From an uncultured Parabacteroides sp. (lineage in GTDB: Bacteria > Bacteroidota > Bacteroidia > Bacteroidales > Tannerellaceae): 64,000 bases of DNA. Below, piece by piece: positions 22,397 through 31,900 of this stretch. Under the pieces are notes generated by a model that was not told where the DNA came from, made no database searches, and saw only the letters and a list, made by a program, of their open reading frames with translations. A program made the translations under genes and the position numbers. The stretch covers positions 1,485-65,484 of the forward strand of contig CASFXH010000009.1 in NCBI GenBank assembly GCA_949298575.1, in the 5' to 3' direction. The stretch's first letter is position 1; every line of letters begins with the position of its first letter.

Positions 22397-23275
22397 ATGG
22401 TAAATCAGACAAAAACAATCCGGCTCGTTTATCCACAATGGCAAGGTGGAAGCATAGCGCAATGGATAACGGAAGTGAAAGACCCCGAACAGGCTTCAAG
22501 AGGATATTATCTTGGAGCGCAGTTGTTGAATTTCCTTGCCCCTGACAATGGGCAGGAGACATACATGGTGCCCGTGGCGACAGACCTCGTGAAAAGGGAA
22601 GTCACAGACGGAATGCTGGACAAGGAAGTCATCATTGCACAGACAAAAGCGGCATTGGAGATATTGAACATTCAAAATCCGGACAAGATAGTCACGCTCG
22701 GAGGTGAATGTTCAACAAGCGTAGTGCCTTTCACCTACCTTTCCGGGAAATACAATGGTGATGTGGCTATGGTATGGATTGATGCCCATCCGGACATTAC
22801 ATTGCCCGGTGATGTTTATCCGGCTTATCACGCCATGGCCGTGACCGCCTGCATGGGATTGGGAGACCGACAAATCGTTTCGGTGTTGCCAGCTAAGATA
22901 GCTTCTTCAAAAATCCTCTTTGTAGGACTACGTGATTGGGAACGTGACGAAATCAAAGCAAGACAAAAGCAATACGGGATCCAGCATTTAACGCCGGAGG
23001 ATATAAAGGAGAACAGTGACGCCTTGTTGAATTGGCTGAAAACGTGCGGCGCCTCAAAAGTAGTCGTGCACTTCGACATGGATGTGCTCGACCCTACAGA
23101 AATCATAGCCGCGGTTGGCGTAGTTCCTGATGGAATGAAAATAGCGGAAGTGGTGCGTGTGATAAATGACATAGCACGAGAAAAAGAAATCGTAGGATTA
23201 ACCATCGCCGAACCTATGCCACGTGTCGCTATCCGTATTAAAGAAATGTTGAACCAATTGCCCTTGCTGAAATGA
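22397..23275 (+). CDS. Arginase/ureohydrolase family protein
   Basis: LGGECSTS, WIDAHPD, HFDMDVLD motifs; TATCTTTG box at 22317-22324. Confidence 0.88.
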   Translation: MVNQTKTIRLVYPQWQGGSIAQWITEVKDPEQASRGYYLGAQLLNFLAPDNGQETYMVPVATDLVKREVTDGMLDKEVIIAQTKAALEILNIQNPDKIVTLGGECSTSVVPFTYLSGKYNGDVAMVWIDAHPDITLPGDVYPAYHAMAVTACMGLGDRQIVSVLPAKIASSKILFVGLRDWERDEIKARQKQYGIQHLTPEDIKENSDALLNWLKTCGASKVVVHFDMDVLDPTEIIAAVGVVPDGMKIAEVVRVINDIAREKEIVGLTIAEPMPRVAIRIKEMLNQLPLLK

Positions 23276-23322
23276 AAATCTTATTCGTAAATGGAGGCTC
23301 TCATTCAATAATTAATAATAAT

Positions 23323-24012
23323 ATGAAAATTAAAGTATTACTGTTAGCTATCAGCTTGTTGGCCGTTCTTTCATCGCGAGCGCAAACCAATGAACGATAC
23401 ATAGAAGTGACGGGAACATCGGAAATAGAGATTGTACCCGACAAAATCCATTATTTGATCGAAATCCGTGAATACTTCGAAGAAGAATTTGACGGGAAGT
23501 CAAAACCCGAGGAATATCATACCAAAGTGCCTTTGTCTGAGATAGAACGAGGACTAAGAGAAGCTCTTGCTAACGCTGACATTCCTCAAAATGCTATTCG
23601 GACACAAGAAATCGGAGATTATTGGCGACAGCAAGGACAGGATTTCTTGGTCTCCAAGAAGTTTGATATTACGCTGACCGACTTCAATCAGATAAATGAA
23701 ATCGTCAAGCGCATTGACACGAAAGGCGTCTATACCATGCGCATAGGAGAGTTGGAAAACAAAGACATACTTGTCTACCACCAAAAGGGGAAGATTGAAG
23801 CATTGAAAGCTGCCCAAAAGAAAGCGACCTATCTGGTGGAGGCGTTGGGCAAAAAACTGGGTGATGTCATACGTATCGTGGAAAAAGATAGTGGCAATGC
23901 TTTTCCGTTCGCGCAAAGCAATGTCCTCTCATCCGATGCCACCTCTTTTGACAACTTCCGCACTATCAAAAAGAATTATTCCATACTGGTACGTTTTGAA
24001 ATCATAGATTAA
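23323..24012 (+). CDS. SIMPL (DUF541) domain protein, secreted
   Basis: Signal peptide; IEVTGTSEIEIVPD; ALKAAQKKAxYLxxALG. Confidence 0.8.
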   Translation: MKIKVLLLAISLLAVLSSRAQTNERYIEVTGTSEIEIVPDKIHYLIEIREYFEEEFDGKSKPEEYHTKVPLSEIERGLREALANADIPQNAIRTQEIGDYWRQQGQDFLVSKKFDITLTDFNQINEIVKRIDTKGVYTMRIGELENKDILVYHQKGKIEALKAAQKKATYLVEALGKKLGDVIRIVEKDSGNAFPFAQSNVLSSDATSFDNFRTIKKNYSILVRFEIID

Positions 24013-24039
24013 ACGCAAGAGGTGTGTCGAAAAGCATAC

Positions 24040-24129
24040 CTTAATAATGCCCATCATGAGGTCTTTATAATCCAATAGTGAGGTGCTTACAATGGGCATT
24101 ATTAGAAGGTTATGATGCCTATTATAAGG
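24040..24129. repeat. Palindromic ~22-bp repeat cluster (TAATGCCCATTATAAG-type), copy 1
   Basis: TGCTTACAATGGGCATTATTAG at 24084-24105 is identical to 60953-60974. Confidence 0.8.
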
Positions 24130-24211
24130 AATCGCTATATTTTCCAATCCTCCCTATCCAATTTACTGATATGCTCCGTACGGACATCATGAGTCAATGG
24201 GTAATACTGTT

Positions 24212-24283
24212 TTTTTCGAGGATCCATCTTATATGTGTCGATTCTTCAAACAGTATACAGGTATCTCTTTAATGGAATACTCT
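24212..24283 (+). pseudogene. Remnant of an AraC-family regulator (C-terminal HTH)
   Basis: Reads FFEDPSYMCRFFKQYTGISLMEY; in-frame TGA at 24167; no intact N-terminus. Confidence 0.6.
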
Positions 24284-24421
24284 TTGCGCATGATTTCATC
24301 AAATTGGATTACTACTGGTGCGATAAAATCGCACAGGTTTAAATATCATCAAATAAAGTGCGTTCTTTGACATTTTGGTTTGAAATGATTGAATCGTCCT
24401 GTTTGGTTATAGGGGATGGCT

Positions 24422-25375
24422 TCAAAAACGACTCATCGCGCCCCCACCGCCTGAATTTCCGCCTCCCCAGGAGCCACCGCCTCCGCCACTGAAGCCTCCG
24501 AAGCCGCCACCTCCCATGATGATCGGTCCTCCGCCGCCATGCAGGCGATCCGTCGGGTAACGATGGTTTTCCGTATAACCGCATTTCTTGCAGCGATAAA
24601 TTTTTTCCTCCAAGCCTCCCTCATAGCGAGTCGCTGCGATCAACACTCGTGTCCCGGCATAAGAGAAGGCTTTCGCCCCACAACGCGGACACGTTCGAGG
24701 GCGGCGTTGCAGGTAAGCCGCAAAGCCCACGAGCACGAGAAAACCCACGAAAAAGGCTGCGAAAATCCACATCGTAGGGTCGAAACCACTCTCGGTTTCT
24801 TTCATAAATTCTTGTTCTATAGGGTGGGAGAGGAGATAGCTGACGGTTGCCTCGACACCCTTCGCCAGGCCTTCACCATAGCGCCCTTCCCGTAGGTCAG
24901 GCACCATGTAATGTTGTTGCAGTCGGTAGCAGAGCGCGTCGGGGAGGATACCCTCCAGTCCATAGCCCGTCTCGAAAACGATGGAACGGTCGCCAGGCGT
25001 GGCTACGAGTTGGATCAGCAGACCGTTGTCGGCGCCGTCTTTTCCAAGGCCCCAATGGTTGAACAGCTCCGTCGCGAACGTGCGGGCGTCACCACCTTCG
25101 ATGGCCTCAAGAGCCACGACAGCCACTTCGATCCCCACGCTGTCTTCCAGAAGGCGCAACGCGGTGTTAATGTTCGCACGGTCCGCAGGGCCGATAAGAT
25201 CATCTGGGTCGCTCACATAATTGTTCCGATCAATCAAATGGACGTTCGGGACTGTCTCTACCGTATACGGAATCGCCGCATAGGCCCCACGGAGGCCTAT
25301 TGCGGCGATAATTATAAAAATGAACGACTTATGAAAAAATGAGTTTAGCATGAAAAAGCATTGCTTCAAATTCAA
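24422..25375 (-). CDS. TPM-domain membrane protein with Zn-ribbon and Gly-rich tail
   Basis: YVSDPDDLI, FNHWGLG, FETGYGLEGILPD; CPRCG/CKKCG; GGGFGGFSGG tail. Confidence 0.88.
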   Translation of the reverse strand: MNLKQCFFMLNSFFHKSFIFIIIAAIGLRGAYAAIPYTVETVPNVHLIDRNNYVSDPDDLIGPADRANINTALRLLEDSVGIEVAVVALEAIEGGDARTFATELFNHWGLGKDGADNGLLIQLVATPGDRSIVFETGYGLEGILPDALCYRLQQHYMVPDLREGRYGEGLAKGVEATVSYLLSHPIEQEFMKETESGFDPTMWIFAAFFVGFLVLVGFAAYLQRRPRTCPRCGAKAFSYAGTRVLIAATRYEGGLEEKIYRCKKCGYTENHRYPTDRLHGGGGPIIMGGGGFGGFSGGGGGSWGGGNSGGGGAMSRF

Positions 25376-25377
25376 GA

Positions 25378-25977
25378 TTACCGATTGGTGTCAAAATTCA
25401 CCTCAGGCGCCCGCTCGGCTTCCGCTTCCGCCTCGAAATAGGCTTTCTGGTCGAAACCGAAAAGACCAGCGAGGAGATTGTTGGGGAAATGTCTTATATA
25501 AATATTGTAGCCTTGGGCCGTCTCGTTGAAGCGCCGGCGCTCGGTTGCGATACGGTTCTCCGTGCCTTCCAGCTGGACTTGAAGTTCCCGGAAGTTCTCG
25601 TTCGCCTTAAGCTCAGGATAACGTTCGGCTACGACGAGGAGGCGCGAGAGGGCCTGTGACAATTCACCTTGAGCTTCCTGGAAGCGTTGAAGTGAAGCGG
25701 CATCGAGCCCACTGGGATCAATGCGGGTCTGGGTAGCTTGCGCACGAGCGTTCGTGACGGCTTCGAGCGTCTCCCGCTCATGCGAGGCGTAGCCCTTCAC
25801 GGTATTTACGAGGTTGGGGATTAGATCCAATCGACGCTGATATTGATTCTCGACCTGGCTCCATGCGCCCTTCACCGACTCATCTTTCGACACCATTTCA
25901 TTATACACCCCTTTTGTCCAGAAAAAGAGGGCGAGGAGGACAACAACGATTATTCCGAATGTAATTTTTTTAGACAT
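25378..25977 (-). CDS. lemA: LemA family protein
   Basis: QYQRRLDLIPNLV, YPELKANENF, GTENRI motifs. Confidence 0.93.
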   Translation of the reverse strand: MSKKITFGIIVVVLLALFFWTKGVYNEMVSKDESVKGAWSQVENQYQRRLDLIPNLVNTVKGYASHERETLEAVTNARAQATQTRIDPSGLDAASLQRFQEAQGELSQALSRLLVVAERYPELKANENFRELQVQLEGTENRIATERRRFNETAQGYNIYIRHFPNNLLAGLFGFDQKAYFEAEAEAERAPEVNFDTNR

Positions 25978-26076
25978 ATTTTCCTTTTAATGAATTATTT
26001 GAATTTGTGGGGGCAAATTTACGGAATATCGCTGGAATAATCGAACAAGACCGATAGATTAACACGAATCCCTTCC

Positions 26077-26164
26077 AATGTCAACGTCCAGACATGGCAA
26101 TGCCAACGTCCAGAGGTGGCAATGTCAACGTCCAGACATGGCAATACCAACGTCCAGAGGTGGC
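26077..26164. repeat. 4 x 22-bp tandem repeat (2 x 44-bp dimer)
   Basis: AATGTCAACGTCCAGACATGGC alternating with AAT[G/A]CCAACGTCCAGAGGTGGC. Confidence 0.93.
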
Positions 26165-26262
26165 GGGCGCACGTCTAAGAATAAGAATAAAAACACTATT
26201 AAATATGCAAAAGTTCTTTTTAGCAATGGCCATAGCCATTATCTTGATTAATTTCGCGGAGA

Positions 26263-26730
26263 ATGAAACAAAAAGAAAAAGATAAAAATTCACGCGGTGT
26301 TTTTTGGGGGATCCTTGCGGCGGCGCTCCTCGCGTGTCCGGGAAAGGGCTGGGGGCAAGACGTTGGCCTGGCCTCTTTCTACCACGATCGTTTCCACGGG
26401 CGACGAACGGCGTCAGGTGTTACGCACGATCAAGAAGCGCTCATGGCCGCCCACCGCACTTACCCCTTTGGCACGTTCCTTCGCGTGACCAACCTCGCGA
26501 ACCGTCGTAGCGTCGTGGTCTGTGTTACGGACCGTGGCCCACGCTCGAAGTCGCGCCTGATCGACCTCTCACGGGAGGCAGCCGAGCGGCTTGACTTTGT
26601 GGATGAGGGCGTCACGATGGTCTATCTCGAGGAGGTGCCTGGCCCGGAAGACCCGGAGCATACCTTGCTAACAGATCCTGGCCTTCCCTTCTTGGATCTT
26701 GACTATTGGCGAAGAGAAGGCCTGGAGTAA
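26263..26730 (+). CDS. rlpA: RlpA-like lytic transglycosylase (DPBB domain)
   Basis: GLASFY, RRTASG, AAHRTYPFGT, VTDRGP, IDLS. Confidence 0.88.
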   Translation: MKQKEKDKNSRGVFWGILAAALLACPGKGWGQDVGLASFYHDRFHGRRTASGVTHDQEALMAAHRTYPFGTFLRVTNLANRRSVVVCVTDRGPRSKSRLIDLSREAAERLDFVDEGVTMVYLEEVPGPEDPEHTLLTDPGLPFLDLDYWRREGLE

Positions 26731-26742
26731 TTTATTTCCCAT

Positions 26743-28788
26743 TTAGAGAGAAACCCGGAGGTTATGCAACTCCGTATCGGCATGACGCGAGGGGAGGCCG
26801 GCCCGACGGATGGTGAGCGGCGCAAGGCGGCTTTCGCCCGTAGCCTTCCGATCAAGCTTGACTGCCTGCCGATAGACCACTTGCTCCGCTGACGGCCTGA
26901 GCAAGAAACCCGTTTCCTTCTCGAACCGATTGTAGACACGGAGAACGATTTGGTTCGTGCCCTCCTCAAGTGGCAGCAAGACCTTCTCCTCACGGAAGAG
27001 ACAGCGGTAAGGGTTCAGGTGCTTCATCACGAGCTGTCCGTTGAGAAACAGCTCGATGCCATTGCCTGCGCCGACGTCGACCAAGACGTCTTGTCGCTTA
27101 GGCGATTGTACTTCCTGCATGACGTAATAGGATTCCAGGATCTTGGCCGGGAAATGCCGCCCGTCGTCGGCAACCTCGACCCACTGGGCTCCCCGGGCAG
27201 GCACTTTGTCGAGCGACAGGTCGATCGTTGACGGACTGTCGAATTGGCCACTGCCCGGCCCGCACAGGTATTTTTTGCCCCAAACCAGCGGAGCTACATG
27301 AAGCGGCTGCGGATCGTCGGCCGTGAGGGTAACGGTGGTCGTTGTACCCTCGTTCTCCAACTCGATCCGTGCACCGACCTCTTGGGCTGTGAACGTCAGA
27401 GTGTAGCGGTCGCGTTTCGCGACATTCCATTGATAACTGACGGCACTCCGGTAATTGCTATAATAGTCGAAGCACGAGTAACTATAGTTTGGCGCGACAT
27501 CGACCGCCTCGATTTGCGGTACGACTGGCTTGCGGAACGAGGCCTTGACGACAGCGATCTCCTTACCGGAATAAGCTGACTCGGGAACACGGATCGTCAC
27601 TACGCCGCGCTTCTGCTCATGACTCGTAGCGGCCCCTTCGACACTCACCAATTGGTTTTCCGGAAAAGGTAACGTGATTTTCCCTCCTTGCGGATACGTG
27701 CCCGAAAGGATTAGGAAAAGATCATTGCCACGACGGGTGAGGGCCCCCCATGGGAAGCTCTTGCGGAAAGGCGAAGCCTCTGTACCATAAATCGCCTCCC
27801 CATTTTTCGCCAACCATTGTCCCATTTCCAAAAGCACTTCACGCTCGAAGGGAACGACCGAGCCGTCACCCATCGGCCCAATATTCAAAAGGTAATTACC
27901 GCCATGCGAGACGACGTTGATCAGACTCCGCAACTTTTCTTGAGCCTTTTCGTGACTATCTCCCCGGACCTGCCAAGAGCGGAAACTCCAAGTCTCGTCA
28001 AACATTGAAGCAGCTGTTTGCCAAGCTGTTTGCAGCGCACCTTCAGGGAAAGTATTGTCAGCCATAACGCTAAAGTCATATTGGTCATTCCCCAGCCGTC
28101 CACTGACCATGCAGTCAGGCTGCAGTTCATGGACCAAGGCGTAAAGTTCTTTACTCTGCGCCAACGTATTGGATCCCATATCGAACCAAAGTTCAGAGAT
28201 TGGTCCGTAGTTCGTGAGGAGCTCGCGAACCTGCCGTTTGGTGAACTCGTGATGTTCTGGCGTAATAAAATCGCAATTATGGCTGGAGATGGGGTACGCT
28301 TGCGGGAAATGCCAATCTATGAGGGAAAAATAAAGCCCCATGCGAAGGCCACCCCGTTGGCAGGCATCGGCCAGTTCCTTGACAAAATCACGCTTGGCGG
28401 GTGTCGCATCAACACTATTGAAGTCGGTTGTGGAAGTCTTGAAAAGGCAAAAGCCATCATGATGCTTGGTCGTGAAAACGATCGAGCGCATTCCCGCAGC
28501 CTTTGCCAGGGCGACGATGGAATCGGCGTCGAACCGCATCGGGTCGAACCGAAGTGCCGTCTCCGCATACCAATCACTGAAGATTCCCGCAAACGACTGG
28601 ATCTGCTCGCTATAGCCACGGGTTACTGGCTTGCCGTCCCAAACGCCACCCAGTTCTGAGTAAAGTCCAAAGTGAATAAAAAGAGAAAACTTGCTCTCAT
28701 GCCAACGATCGTAAGCTTGCTGAGAGATTTGCGCCCCGGCGATGAACGGGAGAAAACATGCAAGAAGAAGGTATTGAATGCTTTTCAT
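26743..28788 (-). CDS. Alpha-L-fucosidase (GH29) with C-terminal extension
   Basis: LFIHFGLYS, TKHHDGF, LWFD, LLNIGP motifs; signal peptide. Confidence 0.9.
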   Translation of the reverse strand: MKSIQYLLLACFLPFIAGAQISQQAYDRWHESKFSLFIHFGLYSELGGVWDGKPVTRGYSEQIQSFAGIFSDWYAETALRFDPMRFDADSIVALAKAAGMRSIVFTTKHHDGFCLFKTSTTDFNSVDATPAKRDFVKELADACQRGGLRMGLYFSLIDWHFPQAYPISSHNCDFITPEHHEFTKRQVRELLTNYGPISELWFDMGSNTLAQSKELYALVHELQPDCMVSGRLGNDQYDFSVMADNTFPEGALQTAWQTAASMFDETWSFRSWQVRGDSHEKAQEKLRSLINVVSHGGNYLLNIGPMGDGSVVPFEREVLLEMGQWLAKNGEAIYGTEASPFRKSFPWGALTRRGNDLFLILSGTYPQGGKITLPFPENQLVSVEGAATSHEQKRGVVTIRVPESAYSGKEIAVVKASFRKPVVPQIEAVDVAPNYSYSCFDYYSNYRSAVSYQWNVAKRDRYTLTFTAQEVGARIELENEGTTTTVTLTADDPQPLHVAPLVWGKKYLCGPGSGQFDSPSTIDLSLDKVPARGAQWVEVADDGRHFPAKILESYYVMQEVQSPKRQDVLVDVGAGNGIELFLNGQLVMKHLNPYRCLFREEKVLLPLEEGTNQIVLRVYNRFEKETGFLLRPSAEQVVYRQAVKLDRKATGESRLAPLTIRRAGLPSRHADTELHNLRVSL

Positions 28789-28915
28789 GATAAATCGATT
28801 ACGAAATTTGGGACGAAGGTACGCAGAATAAATCGTTTGTTATGAAAATGAAAAGGGTTTAAATAAAAAAAGCCCCATATTTTATGAAGATTTAACAAAT
28901 AATTCCTTGATACAC

Positions 28916-29380
28916 TCAAAATTCAAGGGACTTATAGGGCGGGATCTCCCGTAAGGGATGGTAGCGCCCCTCGTCGTAATCGACCTCACAACAAAAATGT
29001 TTCAGCCCGTTACTCACGACTAGGAAGCGGACGTGGAGCACCATATTGTAGCGGATAATTTGCTCCAACACCCGCTTTGATAGACCAACGGAAGGAGCTT
29101 TGTATTCCACGATAAGAAGCGGCTGGAGAGAGGAGGAATAAACGATCGTATCGCATCTTTTCTCAGTTCCATTTAGCCTGATCATCACTTCATTAGCGAT
29201 CATTCCTTTAGGGTATTCCAAATATTCTGTCAAATAGTTCACGAAGTGTTGGCGAACCCATTCCTCAGGCGTTAAGGCCACGTATTTTTGACGAATAGGG
29301 TCGAAAATCTGATTTTTTAAGCCCTCTTCCCGCAATTTCACGTGAAAAGGTGGTAGATTTAACGGTCGTATTTTGTACAT
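28916..29380 (-). CDS. Stand-alone HsdR N-terminal-like domain protein
   Basis: LTPEEWVRQH, RCD, VEYKAP, QIxRYN, SNG. Confidence 0.85.
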   Translation of the reverse strand: MYKIRPLNLPPFHVKLREEGLKNQIFDPIRQKYVALTPEEWVRQHFVNYLTEYLEYPKGMIANEVMIRLNGTEKRCDTIVYSSSLQPLLIVEYKAPSVGLSKRVLEQIIRYNMVLHVRFLVVSNGLKHFCCEVDYDEGRYHPLREIPPYKSLEF

Positions 29381-29418
29381 TTGTTATCGCAATTACACGT
29401 TTAAAGCTACGCGAAGAT

Positions 29419-30195
29419 ATGAAAACAAAGCAAGAAATCGTAGAGGATTGGCTTCCGCGGTACACCGATCGGGCGCTCACCAACTTTACACCCTACGTTT
29501 TATTAACCAATTTCACGAAATATGTCGAGGTCTTTTCCGAAAAGTATCGTGTGCCGATCCTAGGCCTGAAATCGTCCATGCCCAATGCCACTGCGGATGG
29601 TGTGACGATCATAAATTTTGGAATGGGGAGCGCAAATGCGGCCACGATCATGGATTTGCTATCAGCTATCATGCCCAAAGCGGTGCTCTTTATCGGCAAG
29701 TGCGGTGGCCTGAAAGTGGAAAATGAATTGGGGGACTATCTACTGCCGATCGCAGCAATCCGTGGCGAAGGAACTTCCAATGAATACCTGCCCCCTGAGG
29801 TCCCCTCGCTTCCGGCTTTCTCGATGTTGAGAGCCATCTCGTCTGCCATCCGTGACCGCGGGAAAGACTATTGGACCGGAACGGTTTACACGACGAATCG
29901 CCGTGTATGGGAATACGATAATGATTTTAAATCCTATCTGAAATTGACCCATGCCACCGGTATTGACATGGAGACTGCTACCTTATTGACCGCAGGTTTC
30001 TCCAATAAAATTCCAACAGGAGCCCTCCTCATGATTTCTGATAAACCGATGGAAGATGAAGGCATAAAAACACAAGAAAGCGATAAGAAAGTCACACAAC
30101 TATTTACTGAAGAGCACCTGTTGATCGGTATCGAAGCGCTCAAACAAATCATGGAAGAGAAGAAAACAATTAAGCACATCCGTTTTAGCTGGTGA
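29419..30195 (+). CDS. amn: AMP nucleosidase (Bacteroidetes short form)
   Basis: MKTKQEIVEDWLPRYT, INFGMGSANAAT, IGKCGGL, IDMETA. Confidence 0.9.
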   Translation: MKTKQEIVEDWLPRYTDRALTNFTPYVLLTNFTKYVEVFSEKYRVPILGLKSSMPNATADGVTIINFGMGSANAATIMDLLSAIMPKAVLFIGKCGGLKVENELGDYLLPIAAIRGEGTSNEYLPPEVPSLPAFSMLRAISSAIRDRGKDYWTGTVYTTNRRVWEYDNDFKSYLKLTHATGIDMETATLLTAGFSNKIPTGALLMISDKPMEDEGIKTQESDKKVTQLFTEEHLLIGIEALKQIMEEKKTIKHIRFSW

Positions 30196-30206
30196 AGAGT
30201 TTTAAT

Positions 30207-31229
30207 ATGGCTAGGAAAGAATATACATACGAGGAAATATGCCGAGCGATTTTGGCGAAAAATTTCTCACCGATCTATTTTCTGATGGGTGAGGAACCTT
30301 TTTTCATTGACAAAATAACCGACCTATTGGTCGATCATGTCCTTTCAGAGTCTGAAAGGGATTTCAACCAGCTGATATTTTATGGTGCGGATACAGATGT
30401 TGCATCCATCATAAATGCAGCTAAACGTTTTCCTATGATGTCCGAATACCAGCTCATTATAGTTAAAGAGGCACAACAATTACGGAACTTAGATTTGCTG
30501 GCAAATTATGCGAAAAAAATCCTGAAATCGACAATCCTTATCATTAATTACAAATATAAAAATTATGATAGGAGAAAATCTCTCCTTGGATTAATTGAGC
30601 AAAATGGTATCATCTTTGAGTCAAAAAAAATTCCGGATTATAAGATTCCAACATTCATTACTTCCATCTTAAAACAACGTTCCATAGGCATAGATCCCAA
30701 AGCTTCCCAAATGTTAGCCGATTTTTTAGGCAATGATCTTACCCGGATTGATAAAGAATTAGATAAATTATCAATTATCCTAAACGAAGAAAAAAACACA
30801 AAAATTACTCCCGAATTGGTAGAAACAAATATTGGCATCAGCAAGGAATATAATAACTTTGAATTGCTGAAGGCTATTATCTCTAAGGATAGGCTAAAAG
30901 TCTATCGCATCGCTCAATATTTTGAAAAAAACCCACAGAGTAATCCCATTCAAGTGACGCTTTCGGTCCTATTCAATTACTTTTCGAACCTATTGATTTG
31001 TTACTATACAAAAGACCGCTCAGAATCAGGCTTGATGGCTGCCTTAGGACTGAGATCAAATTTCCAGACAAAGGACTATATTTTGGGCTTGAGACAATAT
31101 CCCCCCATGAAAGTTTTCAATTTGATCGGAGAGATTCGAACAGCCGATGCGCTCTCTAAAGGCGTTGGCAACACGTCCATGGGCAATTCAGACATCCTTA
31201 AAGAATTACTCTACAAAATCTTACATTGA
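30207..31229 (+). CDS. holA: DNA polymerase III subunit delta
   Basis: YFLMGEEPFFID, FYGAD, AKRFPMMS, IGISKEYNNFEL. Confidence 0.92.
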   Translation: MARKEYTYEEICRAILAKNFSPIYFLMGEEPFFIDKITDLLVDHVLSESERDFNQLIFYGADTDVASIINAAKRFPMMSEYQLIIVKEAQQLRNLDLLANYAKKILKSTILIINYKYKNYDRRKSLLGLIEQNGIIFESKKIPDYKIPTFITSILKQRSIGIDPKASQMLADFLGNDLTRIDKELDKLSIILNEEKNTKITPELVETNIGISKEYNNFELLKAIISKDRLKVYRIAQYFEKNPQSNPIQVTLSVLFNYFSNLLICYYTKDRSESGLMAALGLRSNFQTKDYILGLRQYPPMKVFNLIGEIRTADALSKGVGNTSMGNSDILKELLYKILH

Positions 31230-31892
31230 AAAAGACATTATAGCTTTAGGAAACAGAAATTTAAGACGATTTTTCCTTCTCTAGAATCAAATATTTCTTC
31301 CTAGCCGCCCCTTTGTCTTCAAATATTCGAAAGAATTAAAGATAAAAGCGTTTTTATTTTAGTGCATATTATAATATGCCATTCTGTCATTCTACTCTTT
31401 TCTGAAGTAGCAAATAAAATTCTAATGTACGTCTACAATTATTGCAAGTATACAAATATATCCTCCACATTTGGTAACTATATTGAGGCAGAGCACAAAA
31501 GATCACATTCCGATATTCTTTAAGTATAGATCCAATTATATTCGTTTATATACAAATATATGCATACGATAATACACTTTTGTTTGTAGTGGATGCGATA
31601 CCAATAATTACAATAGAACCAATGTGTTATCACGAATATATAAATAAAATCTTTAAAAATACTGCCACAATAATTGATAAGTGTATACAAAAGCTCAGTG
31701 ACGAGCATACTATAAATAGAATAACATTTTAAAAACCAATACTATTTGTGGTTTTCCAAAAGTCTTTTATAGATTCATTTCATTCCTGATCCGGTGTATT
31801 TGTGATTAATCGGAGTTTAAATACGTATATAAGTATACAAATCACAACATCTATGATTGTGATCACATGTTGCATATTATAATTTATCTATG

Positions 31893-31900
31893 TATCTTTG
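31893..31900 (+). promoter_or_regulatory. -7 promoter box (TATCTTTG) for XRE gene
   Basis: Exact TAnnTTTG, with GTTG about 20 bp upstream. Confidence 0.6.

Noticed and set aside
28916-29380. Type I restriction-modification system
   Set aside because: Only a lone 154-aa HsdR-N-like domain, with no hsdM, hsdS or motor subunit; from recall it is a routine neighbour of amn/holA in Bacteroidetes.
31520-31708. 62-aa minus-strand ORF
   Set aside because: Ile/Tyr/Asn-rich composition typical of a chance ORF in AT-rich DNA.
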